Virus record (IMG/VR): IMGVR_UViG_3300031787_007614
Coordinates: 248,001 to 312,000 of that record
Length of the DNA stretch: 64,000 nucleotides
Strand: one strand, 5' to 3'
The position numbers and the translations under genes were made by a program. This document shows, piece by piece, positions 35,601-45,435 of this stretch. Numbering within the stretch: the first letter of the stretch is position 1; every line of letters starts with the position of its first letter. The notes beneath the pieces are model-generated. The model did no database searches and had not been told where the DNA came from. It was given only the letters and a program-made list of their open reading frames with translations.

Positions 35601-38309
35601 ATGGCCACAACCGCAGACGTTCCAGTTACTTCCAATGCTGGTGGAGGAGATCAAAATACCAATCCTCCAGTAAAAACACTAATTCAAACACAAGCCACAA
35701 ACGGAGATTCTCGTGGTATTAACATATACACGGAAGATGGCACATTATCAAATTTCAGAAGAAATCCTGAAACAGGAGATTTATATAATGCTGCTGGCCT
35801 GCCTGGCGGCGTTGATTTAAAAACTGAACCAGGTGTTGGCGCCAATGACAACAATCCTGCACCAAGCACAGTCAACACACAGGCCACAGTAAATGCCACA
35901 AGTCCCACTAACGAACTGATCAAGCCGCAGCCTAATGTACTAGATAAGTTTTCAAGCTATACCTATCAAGCATCAGTGTACTTGATGTCTAACGCACAGT
36001 ATGCAGCATATCAACTGTCTGAGAAAAAAACAATTAACGGTTATAATTTGCTGTTTCAAACTGGTGGAGCCCCCAACAACATTGGCGGTCCCCAAGGCCC
36101 CAAGGCTCCCCAACCACTTGCGTTTGAAGCTGGCCGCAATCCGTTTTTTCCTTACGACTACTACATAGATTCAGTAAAAGTCACCAACAAACTGTTTGGC
36201 AAAAATACCATGGCAGCACACTCGGTAACTGATTTAAAGTTCACAGTGATTGAGCCAGCCAATATTACCTTGATAGACAACATTTACAAAGCAGTGCAAG
36301 ACATAGCACCCAAAGGTGCTGCTGGCGCTGTAAATTATGCGGCAGCAATATATCTCATGGTGATTAGATTTTTTGGTTACGATGCAAATGGAAATTTACA
36401 AACAGTTGGTGTGGCAGATCCAGTCTCTGGATTATCAGACTCTAGTTCTTTGATAGAAAAATATATTCCGTTTAGAATCAAAAATATCAACTGGTCTGTG
36501 GCAAACAAACTGGTCAGCTATGATTTTGAATGTGCTCCAATTGGTCAGTTGATTGCGGGTGGTACCAAGAGAGGCACCATCCCTGGCGACATAGAACTCA
36601 CTGGCGCTAGTGTGTCTGACATGCTTAAAGGCCAAGCAGTTTACGGCGAACCTCCTGCTGCTGCCACACCCGGGGCAACAACCACAGCAGACCGAACTCA
36701 AACAGATGGTCGAGGACGTCGGACTGCTTCCAGTGATTCAAGAGTTCCGCCTAAGGCAACTGCTGCGCCCAACAACAAAAAAACCATTCAGCGTGGATTA
36801 ATTGAAGCCATGAATATCGAACAGCAACGATTGGTGTCAACTAACCAGTACACAGTAGCAGATGTATATGAATTGGAATTTGCTAACGGCGCCGAATTGA
36901 TTCAAGATGCCACTGTACAAAAACCAGGAACTCCTGTGAACAAATCTGCTACCGCAGTAAGTGCCCCAGTAACAAGCGATACTTCTGCTGCCAGCCCAGA
37001 TAAGGGTGCCATGGATACCAAAACCAGAAGTTTTGGTATCACAGCCGGCATGCAAATACTGCAAGCAATTGAACTGATTGTGAGAAACTCCAGTTATATT
37101 ACTGATCAAGCAAATTTGATTCTCAACGAAGAAAGCGGCAATCCAGAAGTCAAGCCAGGATCAGAAACGCAAGACTTCAAATGGTTCAACATTTTGATGT
37201 CAGCCACTCCGTTGGAGTATGATGAAAAACGCAACGATTTTGCTTATCGAGTAAAATTTATTATTGTGCCTTACTCACCAGCTGAAATGAAAAGCAGTTA
37301 CTTTCCTGGAGTAAAGTTTCCAGGCTTGGTCAAACGTTACCCTTGGTGGTTTACCGGAGAAAATACAGCGGTGTTAAGCTACACTGCCACTTTCAATAAA
37401 CTGTACATTCAAACATTAACTGGATCCAGTCCAGAAAATTCAGCTCTGGCCAGTATTAGAAAAACACAGGCTACCAGCATGAGAGAAATTCCTTTTATAT
37501 CTGTTCAAAGTCGCAGCACAGAATCTTCTCAAGGAGCAGGCGGCAAAGCCAACGAGCTGGGAGCCAGCGCAGCCGAGTACCTGTACAACCCATCTGACAA
37601 TGCCAGTGCCAAGATAAAAATTCTAGGAGATCCTGCCTGGATACAACAAGGATCTGTTGCTGGAGCATTGGATGCAAGTAAAATTTCATACTCCCCATTT
37701 GCACGAGATGGCACAATAAATTTTGATATCCGTGACGTGCTGTTTGAGTTGGTGTGGCAACGTCCAGAAGACTACAACTTAAACACAGGTCTTGCCGATC
37801 CATATAGCCGTACTGAAAAAATCTACGGTGATCGACAGCCCATTCAAAGTATTGTATACCGAGCAAAAGAAATTGTAAGTAGTTTTAATCAAGGACGATT
37901 TGAACAAGACATTGACGCTACAATTTATTCTGTACCAATCCCACAAAAAACAAACACAGCCACACCTGTGGCCACACCAGAATTTGCCGGACAAACTGAT
38001 GAGTTTGGCGGCGTAGATGAGGCTGTGGCTGCAAACGCCGCAAGAACTGCCGCAGCCACAGTGCGAAAAACCACAGCTACTGGACCAAGAAATGCTCCAA
38101 TACCAAGAGGTGGTCCAGGTGTGGCCAGCGACTCATTTGCGCAAGCCGAGCTGGCTAGATTTAGCAACTACACACCCACCCCCTTTAACCCGTCTGAACC
38201 AGTTGTTAGTAATGGGCAGGTGGTTGGAGCTAATACAAATCAAGGTGCAGCTATAATCTTTAGAAATGCCAACCCTCGTGGCACACAAAGAGGCGCAAGA
38301 GAAACTTAA
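35601..38309 (+). CDS. Baseplate hub protein (gp27/gp44-like)
   Basis: 902 aa between the gp53-like and spike genes, with motifs FTVIEP, KILGDP and S.F..G.FEQ. Confidence 0.55.
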   Translation: MATTADVPVTSNAGGGDQNTNPPVKTLIQTQATNGDSRGINIYTEDGTLSNFRRNPETGDLYNAAGLPGGVDLKTEPGVGANDNNPAPSTVNTQATVNATSPTNELIKPQPNVLDKFSSYTYQASVYLMSNAQYAAYQLSEKKTINGYNLLFQTGGAPNNIGGPQGPKAPQPLAFEAGRNPFFPYDYYIDSVKVTNKLFGKNTMAAHSVTDLKFTVIEPANITLIDNIYKAVQDIAPKGAAGAVNYAAAIYLMVIRFFGYDANGNLQTVGVADPVSGLSDSSSLIEKYIPFRIKNINWSVANKLVSYDFECAPIGQLIAGGTKRGTIPGDIELTGASVSDMLKGQAVYGEPPAAATPGATTTADRTQTDGRGRRTASSDSRVPPKATAAPNNKKTIQRGLIEAMNIEQQRLVSTNQYTVADVYELEFANGAELIQDATVQKPGTPVNKSATAVSAPVTSDTSAASPDKGAMDTKTRSFGITAGMQILQAIELIVRNSSYITDQANLILNEESGNPEVKPGSETQDFKWFNILMSATPLEYDEKRNDFAYRVKFIIVPYSPAEMKSSYFPGVKFPGLVKRYPWWFTGENTAVLSYTATFNKLYIQTLTGSSPENSALASIRKTQATSMREIPFISVQSRSTESSQGAGGKANELGASAAEYLYNPSDNASAKIKILGDPAWIQQGSVAGALDASKISYSPFARDGTINFDIRDVLFELVWQRPEDYNLNTGLADPYSRTEKIYGDRQPIQSIVYRAKEIVSSFNQGRFEQDIDATIYSVPIPQKTNTATPVATPEFAGQTDEFGGVDEAVAANAARTAAATVRKTTATGPRNAPIPRGGPGVASDSFAQAELARFSNYTPTPFNPSEPVVSNGQVVGANTNQGAAIIFRNANPRGTQRGARET

Positions 38310-38317
38310 GGTAGAAT

Positions 38318-39826
38318 ATGGCAGAAGAAATTGAACGCAGTAGAGGAAGACCGTCAAACTACAAACAAGATCGTGGTGGGGTTCCTGCTGAGTACGGTCC
38401 TTATGTTGGTCGAGTAATGAACAACATTGATCCTGCACGACTTGGAAGACTGCAAGTGTTCATTGAAGCATTCAATGCCGGCAGCAACAACCAAGATCAA
38501 AGCAAGTGGACCACAGTAAGTTACATGCCTCCGTTTTATGGAGTGACGCCTCCGGGCAAAACAGCTGACAACGATTCAGGTACCTATCCGGGCAATCCCA
38601 ACAGCTATGGCATGTGGTTTACTCCTCCTGATCTTGGCCTGCAAGTCATGTGTGTTTTTATCAATGGCGATCGTTCACAAGGTTACTACATTGGTGTGTT
38701 GCCAGAAAATGGTCTCACACACATGATACCAGCCATTGGCGCTGAAGCAAACTATGTAACAACCAATGTAAATCAAGAATCATATTTTGCTGAATCACCA
38801 CTGTTGCCAGTAACAGAACTCAACAGCAACAACAACAAACTAGACAACGCTGGAAGATTTTTTGATCAAGCCAAACCAGTGCAAAGCGTAGTTGCAGCGT
38901 CGTTGTTCCAACAAGGATTGGCCAAGGACACCGAACGCGGACCTATTCGCAGTTCAAGTCAACGTGAAAGCCCGTCAGCAGTGTTTGGCATTTCCACACC
39001 TGGAACAGCAATTTACCAGGGTGGACTGAAGCCTGCTGACATACGACAAAAACTCAACTCTGGTGCAGTAAAGCCAGCAGAGCTAGAAGTAATTGGCCGC
39101 ATGGGCGGACATACATTTGTCATGGACGACGGAGACATCAACGGAAGAAATCAACTGTTCCGCCTGCGTAGCGCCAAAGGTCATCAGTTCATGATGAATG
39201 ACTCTAACAATTTTATCTATCTGATTCATGCCAACGGACAAACTTGGATTGAGTTAGGACAAGAAGGTACCATTGATGTCTACAGCACAAACTCAGTAAA
39301 CGTGCGCAGTCAAGGCGATGTTAACATTCATGCTGATCAAGACATCAACATGTACGCTGGGAGAAATTTTAACATCAAAGCCAAAAACAACTTCACAGTT
39401 GAAGCTGGAGTAAATGCATCTATTACCGCACAGGCTGATTTAAAGTTGTACAGCAAAGCCACAATTGGTGTAAAGGCCGACGGGACATTGGCTTTGGAAA
39501 GCGCCAGCGGAAGTTGGGCAGCTGGCAGCAGTTTTGTTGTATCAGCCGGCGGGATTGACTTAAATGGGCCTGCTGCTCCAGCAGTAGATGCACCCAAAGC
39601 ACTGGAAAAAATCTTGCTAGACTCAACCACGTTCAGCACTTCAAAAGGATGGGAAGTTGAAAAAGACAAATTAGAAACTATTGTGCCTAGAGCACCCACA
39701 CACGAACCCTGGCCTTATCACAATGCTGGTGTTGCGTCTGAATTGGACTTTGAAGAAGGCCAGCCTGATCCTCCACCAGGCGCTGAACCTGTTCCAGCTG
39801 GAGTAGAGATTGTGAAAACAGCATGA
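38318..39826 (+). CDS. Baseplate central spike (gp5/VgrG-like)
   Basis: OB-fold GRVMNNIDPARLGRLQV and GMWFTPPDLG..V.C.F..GD, followed by beta-helix repeats (GHTFVMDD, GHQFMMND) and C-terminal PTHEPW. Confidence 0.85.
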   Translation: MAEEIERSRGRPSNYKQDRGGVPAEYGPYVGRVMNNIDPARLGRLQVFIEAFNAGSNNQDQSKWTTVSYMPPFYGVTPPGKTADNDSGTYPGNPNSYGMWFTPPDLGLQVMCVFINGDRSQGYYIGVLPENGLTHMIPAIGAEANYVTTNVNQESYFAESPLLPVTELNSNNNKLDNAGRFFDQAKPVQSVVAASLFQQGLAKDTERGPIRSSSQRESPSAVFGISTPGTAIYQGGLKPADIRQKLNSGAVKPAELEVIGRMGGHTFVMDDGDINGRNQLFRLRSAKGHQFMMNDSNNFIYLIHANGQTWIELGQEGTIDVYSTNSVNVRSQGDVNIHADQDINMYAGRNFNIKAKNNFTVEAGVNASITAQADLKLYSKATIGVKADGTLALESASGSWAAGSSFVVSAGGIDLNGPAAPAVDAPKALEKILLDSTTFSTSKGWEVEKDKLETIVPRAPTHEPWPYHNAGVASELDFEEGQPDPPPGAEPVPAGVEIVKTA

Positions 39827-41313
39827 GTGAATTTAAATTTTCTTTAGATGCGGCTGGAGAAGTATTCACAGTTAAGGCTCCTCCAGGCATGACGTTTGAT
39901 CAGGCCAAAGCTATCTTTGACAAACAAGCAAGTACAGGAAGTCTAACAGGTTTAAAAGTTGGCGATGCGTTGAGTGCAGTCACCCAAGCAACACAAGGAT
40001 TGTCGTCTGCCGCAGCCAGTTTGTCACAAGCTGCCAGTGGTATTGGCGGCACAGTGTCGGGAGCATTGCAAGGTGCATTAAAAAATATTCCTGGCGGTGT
40101 GGCTGGTGCTGCTTCAGGTATTGCTAACAGACTCACTGGTGGCCTTGGTGCACCGGGAATTTTACAAGCAGCTTCAGCATTGCCAAGCAGCATTGCTGGC
40201 GCAGTGAACTCAGGAATAAGTGTAGCTAAACAAACACTTGGCAGCATACAAAGTGCCGCGGCTGGAGCATTGGCTCCAACGGCTGCTATTGGCATACCAG
40301 ATTTTGCCAAGCAAGTGCCGGCATTGGGAGGCATTAGTAATCTATCAGTAAGCGAAGTAACTGCCAGTTTGGCGTCTGCATCTCGATCAATAGGACAAGT
40401 GGCCAATCAAGTTAGCAATTCTATAGGCGTTGGAAAATTTGGGTTTGACGGATCTCAGCTGGAAGCTGCTGGTGTTCTTAAACCTGGCACAGTATCACAA
40501 TTTTTATCCAGTGGCACCAACACATTGACTAGTGTTTTGAAAAGTCCCACGGTGTTTACAGGCAAGGCCGGCATTACCAGCCTAAAAGATTTGTTAGGAT
40601 CATTGCCAAAACAAGAAACCATACAACAAGAATTAATGAGCAATGGGTTAACTGGAGTTCAAGCCCTGGGTATTCCTACAGATAAACTCAGCGTCGGGGC
40701 CTTGGCTGGCACAGCATTAAATGCAGCCAAAAGTATACCCAATACCATGGACTGGGCACAAGGAAAAGCACTGGCCAGTGATGTTAAAACTGCACTAAAT
40801 GAAACAGCACGAAATGCAAGTTTTGCTGTGGATTTTGCAGAGACCAAAGTTGACGATGCAATGAAACAGTTGGCTCTCGGAGAGCCAGTGTTTGACACAG
40901 TAAACAGAGTCACACTAAATGCCGCTGCCATACGGGTAATTGGAAATCCAAAAATACCTCCAGTGGAATATAATAACACACCACCAAAAGTTACAACATC
41001 TGAGCTGGGAATTGAGTTTGGTATTGCTGTTGAACAGACCAATGCTATTCTTGATCAATCTGTTATTACTCTCAGCAAGAGTGATGCAAAACGAGCTAGG
41101 TTAAACAGTTACGGAAAAGACATTGCAGACCTTGAAAGCTATATCAATGACTATAATGCTGTTGATGGAAGATTGCAAGGACTCCTTCGCCAGGCCAAAC
41201 TAGCAAATGATTCGGCCCTTGTGGCCAAAATTGAAAAAGAACAACGACGAATTGCAGAATCAATCAAAGTAACCGAAAGCGCAATTGACGTGCTTAGACA
41301 GAACCTTGCTTGA
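39823..41313 (+). CDS. Hypothetical baseplate-associated protein
   Basis: 496-aa Ala/Gly/Ser-rich ORF with an ATGA overlap to the spike gene. Confidence 0.6.
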   Translation: MSEFKFSLDAAGEVFTVKAPPGMTFDQAKAIFDKQASTGSLTGLKVGDALSAVTQATQGLSSAAASLSQAASGIGGTVSGALQGALKNIPGGVAGAASGIANRLTGGLGAPGILQAASALPSSIAGAVNSGISVAKQTLGSIQSAAAGALAPTAAIGIPDFAKQVPALGGISNLSVSEVTASLASASRSIGQVANQVSNSIGVGKFGFDGSQLEAAGVLKPGTVSQFLSSGTNTLTSVLKSPTVFTGKAGITSLKDLLGSLPKQETIQQELMSNGLTGVQALGIPTDKLSVGALAGTALNAAKSIPNTMDWAQGKALASDVKTALNETARNASFAVDFAETKVDDAMKQLALGEPVFDTVNRVTLNAAAIRVIGNPKIPPVEYNNTPPKVTTSELGIEFGIAVEQTNAILDQSVITLSKSDAKRARLNSYGKDIADLESYINDYNAVDGRLQGLLRQAKLANDSALVAKIEKEQRRIAESIKVTESAIDVLRQNLA

Positions 41314-41330
41314 GCCGATAAATATTAATT

Positions 41331-41705
41331 ATGACCACATTCATTGGCTTCAACACCATAAATCAATATAAAAAATTTACCTTGGTTGACTTTGAGTTAA
41401 TCAAACGAGATCTGCTGAATGCCTTCAACATCCGTCAAGGTGAATTGCCTGGCCGCCCGCAGTACGGCACTGTGATGTGGGACTATGTGTTTGAAAATCA
41501 AATCACTGAACTGCAACGCAATATTGAAACGGAAGTTCAACGTGTGTGCGGCGGCGATCCAAGAATACAAGTTACGCAAATGGCAGTGTTTCCTCAAGAC
41601 AACGGGTTTCTAATACAGTTAGAAATAGCAGTATTGCCAGGAACTGATGCTGAATTTTTAAGTGTGTTCTTTGATAATCAACAACGCAGAGCCAGCTACG
41701 TATAA
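41331..41705 (+). CDS. gp25: Baseplate wedge gp25-like
   Basis: IKRDLLNAFNIRQGELPGRPQYGT..WD..FE and DPR. Confidence 0.88.
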   Translation: MTTFIGFNTINQYKKFTLVDFELIKRDLLNAFNIRQGELPGRPQYGTVMWDYVFENQITELQRNIETEVQRVCGGDPRIQVTQMAVFPQDNGFLIQLEIAVLPGTDAEFLSVFFDNQQRRASYV

Positions 41706-41754
41706 CTGAGCCGTTTTTTCTGGTAATAAATACAAGATCTAAAGGCAAAGAGGC

Positions 41755-44700
41755 ATGGCAAAGACCACAAGACAAACAGCAATATTTGGTGTAGAAGACT
41801 GGAAACAGATCTATCAAACCTATCGTGAAGCTGATTTTCAAAGTTATGACTTTGAAACTCTACGCAAAAGTTTCATTGATTACATACGCCTCTACTACCC
41901 AGAAACTTTCAACGACTACATTGAAAGCTCAGAATTCATTGCGTTACTAGATGTAATTGCATTCATGGGTCAAGCCTTGGCCTTTCGCACGGACCTAAAC
42001 ACCAGAGAAAACTATTTAGACACAGCAGAACGCAGAGATTCAGTTGTGCGCCTGGCTAATCTAGTCAGCTATACTGCCAAACGCAACACCGCGGCCCAGG
42101 GATATCTCAAAGTATTCAATGTTACCACAACTGAAAATGTGATCGATTACAACGGAGTGAACTTGAGCAACGTTACTGTGGACTGGGCAGATCCAACAAA
42201 CCCAGACTGGCAAGAACAATTTACCACTATCATTAATGCCGCGTTAGTAGACAGTCAACGCATTGGTCGTCCAGGCAATAGACAAACCATACTGGGTGTG
42301 CGCACAGATGAATATGCTGTCAATCTTGTGCCAGGATTCTTACCAGTCATTCCGTATAACGCCACAGTGGACGGGATTTCAATGCCGTTTGAAGCAATAA
42401 CTTCAACCAGTGTTGGTCGTGATTACATCTACGAGCCGGCGCCGCAACCAAACACCAGTTTCAATGTGTTGTATCGCAATGACCAACTGGGTTATCAATC
42501 TGCCAATACCGGATACTTTTTTGCATTTAAACAAGGCACGTTACAAAATCAAGACTTCAACTTGGCCGAGCGCATTGCCAACCGCACAGTAAACATCAAC
42601 ATTGAAGGCGTAAACAACGAAGATCGTTGGTTGTTTCAACTTGACAACGTGGGAAGCATCAGCCGTGAATGGCAATACACAGAAAACATCTACGTTGGTG
42701 CTGCTGAACAACTGACTGGCCTACGATCAATCTATTCCACAACCAGCAGAACAAACGATCAACTTACTATGATATTTGGGGATGGAGTGTTTTCAGAAAT
42801 TCCAGTAGGAAATTTCCGTGCCTATGTGCGCAGTTCTAATGGACTGCAATACATTATCAATCCTGAAGAAATGCAAAACGTAGTTTTGCCTATCAGTTAT
42901 ACTGACCGCAACGGCAATTTGCAAACTATCACCTTTACTTGTGGTATTACTCGTCCAGTAAGCAATGCCCAAGCACGCGAGCCAATTGATGAAATCAAAC
43001 AACGTGCGCCTGCTAGGTACTATACACAAAATCGCATGGTCAATGGTGAAGACTACAACTTGTTTCCTTACACACAGTACAATTCAATTATTAAATCTAA
43101 AGCATTGAATCGTGCGTCAATTGGAACCAGTCGATATCTTGACTTGGTTGATAATACCGGCAAGTATTCAAGTACCAACAGCTTTGGCAGCGACGGTGGA
43201 TTGTGGCAACAAAATATTTTACCAACTATTTTGTTCAGTTGGACCAATCGCAATGAAATTGCTGATGTGATTACCAATCAGGTGCAACCACAGTTGACTG
43301 AAAGTACCATGCGGCAGTTTTACTATGGGAATTTTCCAAGAAAGTTAATCAACACTTTAGATATCACTTGCACGGCCACAACAATTACAACCAATGCAAT
43401 TACCTGCGCTACTGCTGCATTTTTTGATTATGCTTATGTTGGCATGCCAATCACATTCTCAGGCACAGTGTTTGGTGGCATTACTGCCGACTTGCCTTAT
43501 TATGTGGTCAGTATAAATTCAGTCAACAGTACATTCACTGTAAGCACCACAGCCGGTGGATCAGCAGTTACATTAAGCTCGGCTACAGGCTCAATGAGTG
43601 CAGTTACTACTTTGAGCACAGGCGGAAGCACCTGGAATCAAAGCACCACCTTGGCCAATGAAACCACTGGTTACTTTAAAAACAGTGCAGGCACACCCAT
43701 TGCAGTAGGTGATGAATCTACAACCAATTTCTTGTACGCTATTGTTGGTAGCCTGGTACGTTTTGTGCCGCCACCGGGTTACTTTTTTGATAAAAACAAC
43801 AAACTGCAATTGGGCATTCCAACCAAAGCAGAAGAGCGTGTGGAAATTTGGGCCAGCCCCATACGAGTAACTGGCGATGGTATGAACTCAGGACTGGGTA
43901 ATCTAATCAATGGGTCAGGGCCAGTCATACTCAATAACTTTGTTCCTACTGGCGCTATTGTAGACACTATTATTCCGTTATTTGTTACAGACTTGCCATT
44001 GTCGATTGAATCTGCAATGAGTGATCAAATTGCATTGTTTCGTAATTTTGGCCTAGGATACGACAATGACGGATCCATTACAGGTACTCCGTACTCTTGG
44101 TATTTGATTCAATCTACCAACCTGAATCAGGACGCTGCCTGGAGTCAAGAGTACGCTGGTAATACTAGTGGTGCCAACTTAGACTCTTCATGGCTGATCC
44201 AGTTTGTGGTTCAAAATCAAAATTACACAATTACATTCCGTGGACTTGCATACAACTTTGGATCAGTGTTGCAAACAAGATTCTTCTTCTACGACGGTGC
44301 GCAAATCTATGACAGCCGCACTGGCACAGTGATCAAAGATTTTATCAATGTGTTAGCAGTCAACACTCAACCAAACTCCAGTGAACCGCTTGAAGGAGAC
44401 ATTTACATGACCATTACTGGTCAACCAGTTGAAAGCGACGGTTATGTGGATGACTTCCAGGTATTAGTAGGATACAGAGACTCAGACAATGATGGTGTGC
44501 CAGACAACCCAGACTTCTTTAGTGAAATAGTAGGACCAGCCGGAACCACAGGACCTTATGTGTTTTTACAACAAACTGTGGACTTTGACAACCTACAGCG
44601 TTATTTGTTGGTTGAAGAAGGCGTGGTAATTTACAGCTACGCCACCCTTGATGATATTGAATTGGTAAAAACTGAATGGTCATCTGGGCAGGTATTCTAT

Positions 44701-45435
44701 GCCTACAGCGAAGATGCATTCTATCAATTGAGCTTGACAGTAACAGGAGTGTTGGAACTCAATGCAGTCACAGGATGGATTGCAAGAACAGGACGACAAA
44801 GTTTGTACTATCAGTACAGACACAACAGTCCATTGACCAGTAGAATTGATCCAGGAACAACCAATATCATTGACTTGTATGTGGTCACTTTGAGTTATTA
44901 TAATGCCTACCAGAACTGGTTGAAAGATACCACCGGTACAGTCACTGAACCTGAACAACCAACCATTGACGATCTAAGTACAGAATATCAACGACTACAA
45001 GATTACAAGATGGTGTCAGACAACATTGTGGTCAACTCAGTCAATTTTAAACCGCTGTTCGGACTCAAGGCCGCAGCAACATTGCGTGCCACTATCAAAG
45101 TGATACGAGCACAAAATTCAACAGCATCAACATCTGAAATCAAAAGCTCAGTACTAGCAGAAATGAACAGTTATTTTTCAATTGACAAATGGAACTTTGG
45201 TGACACATTTTATTTCTCAGAACTTGCTGCCTACCTGCATCGACAACTTGGCACAATCATCAGTTCTGTAGTACTAGTTCCGTTGGATCCACAAAAGAGC
45301 TTTGGTGATTTGTACGAAATTCGTTCTCAACCCAATGAGATTTTTGCCAATGCCGCAACCATTGATAACATTGATGTGATTGAAGCATTGACCAGTACTA
45401 ACCTGCGCACAGCAGCAGGCAGCGGAGTAATTTAA
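41755..45435 (+). CDS. gp6: Baseplate wedge gp6-like (1226 aa)
   Basis: YDFETLR, DYIESS, ENYLDTAERRDSV..LA.LVSY, FGDG.F..IP and E.IDEIK.RAP..Y.TQNRMV..EDY. Confidence 0.88.
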   Translation: MAKTTRQTAIFGVEDWKQIYQTYREADFQSYDFETLRKSFIDYIRLYYPETFNDYIESSEFIALLDVIAFMGQALAFRTDLNTRENYLDTAERRDSVVRLANLVSYTAKRNTAAQGYLKVFNVTTTENVIDYNGVNLSNVTVDWADPTNPDWQEQFTTIINAALVDSQRIGRPGNRQTILGVRTDEYAVNLVPGFLPVIPYNATVDGISMPFEAITSTSVGRDYIYEPAPQPNTSFNVLYRNDQLGYQSANTGYFFAFKQGTLQNQDFNLAERIANRTVNINIEGVNNEDRWLFQLDNVGSISREWQYTENIYVGAAEQLTGLRSIYSTTSRTNDQLTMIFGDGVFSEIPVGNFRAYVRSSNGLQYIINPEEMQNVVLPISYTDRNGNLQTITFTCGITRPVSNAQAREPIDEIKQRAPARYYTQNRMVNGEDYNLFPYTQYNSIIKSKALNRASIGTSRYLDLVDNTGKYSSTNSFGSDGGLWQQNILPTILFSWTNRNEIADVITNQVQPQLTESTMRQFYYGNFPRKLINTLDITCTATTITTNAITCATAAFFDYAYVGMPITFSGTVFGGITADLPYYVVSINSVNSTFTVSTTAGGSAVTLSSATGSMSAVTTLSTGGSTWNQSTTLANETTGYFKNSAGTPIAVGDESTTNFLYAIVGSLVRFVPPPGYFFDKNNKLQLGIPTKAEERVEIWASPIRVTGDGMNSGLGNLINGSGPVILNNFVPTGAIVDTIIPLFVTDLPLSIESAMSDQIALFRNFGLGYDNDGSITGTPYSWYLIQSTNLNQDAAWSQEYAGNTSGANLDSSWLIQFVVQNQNYTITFRGLAYNFGSVLQTRFFFYDGAQIYDSRTGTVIKDFINVLAVNTQPNSSEPLEGDIYMTITGQPVESDGYVDDFQVLVGYRDSDNDGVPDNPDFFSEIVGPAGTTGPYVFLQQTVDFDNLQRYLLVEEGVVIYSYATLDDIELVKTEWSSGQVFYAYSEDAFYQLSLTVTGVLELNAVTGWIARTGRQSLYYQYRHNSPLTSRIDPGTTNIIDLYVVTLSYYNAYQNWLKDTTGTVTEPEQPTIDDLSTEYQRLQDYKMVSDNIVVNSVNFKPLFGLKAAATLRATIKVIRAQNSTASTSEIKSSVLAEMNSYFSIDKWNFGDTFYFSELAAYLHRQLGTIISSVVLVPLDPQKSFGDLYEIRSQPNEIFANAATIDNIDVIEALTSTNLRTAAGSGVI

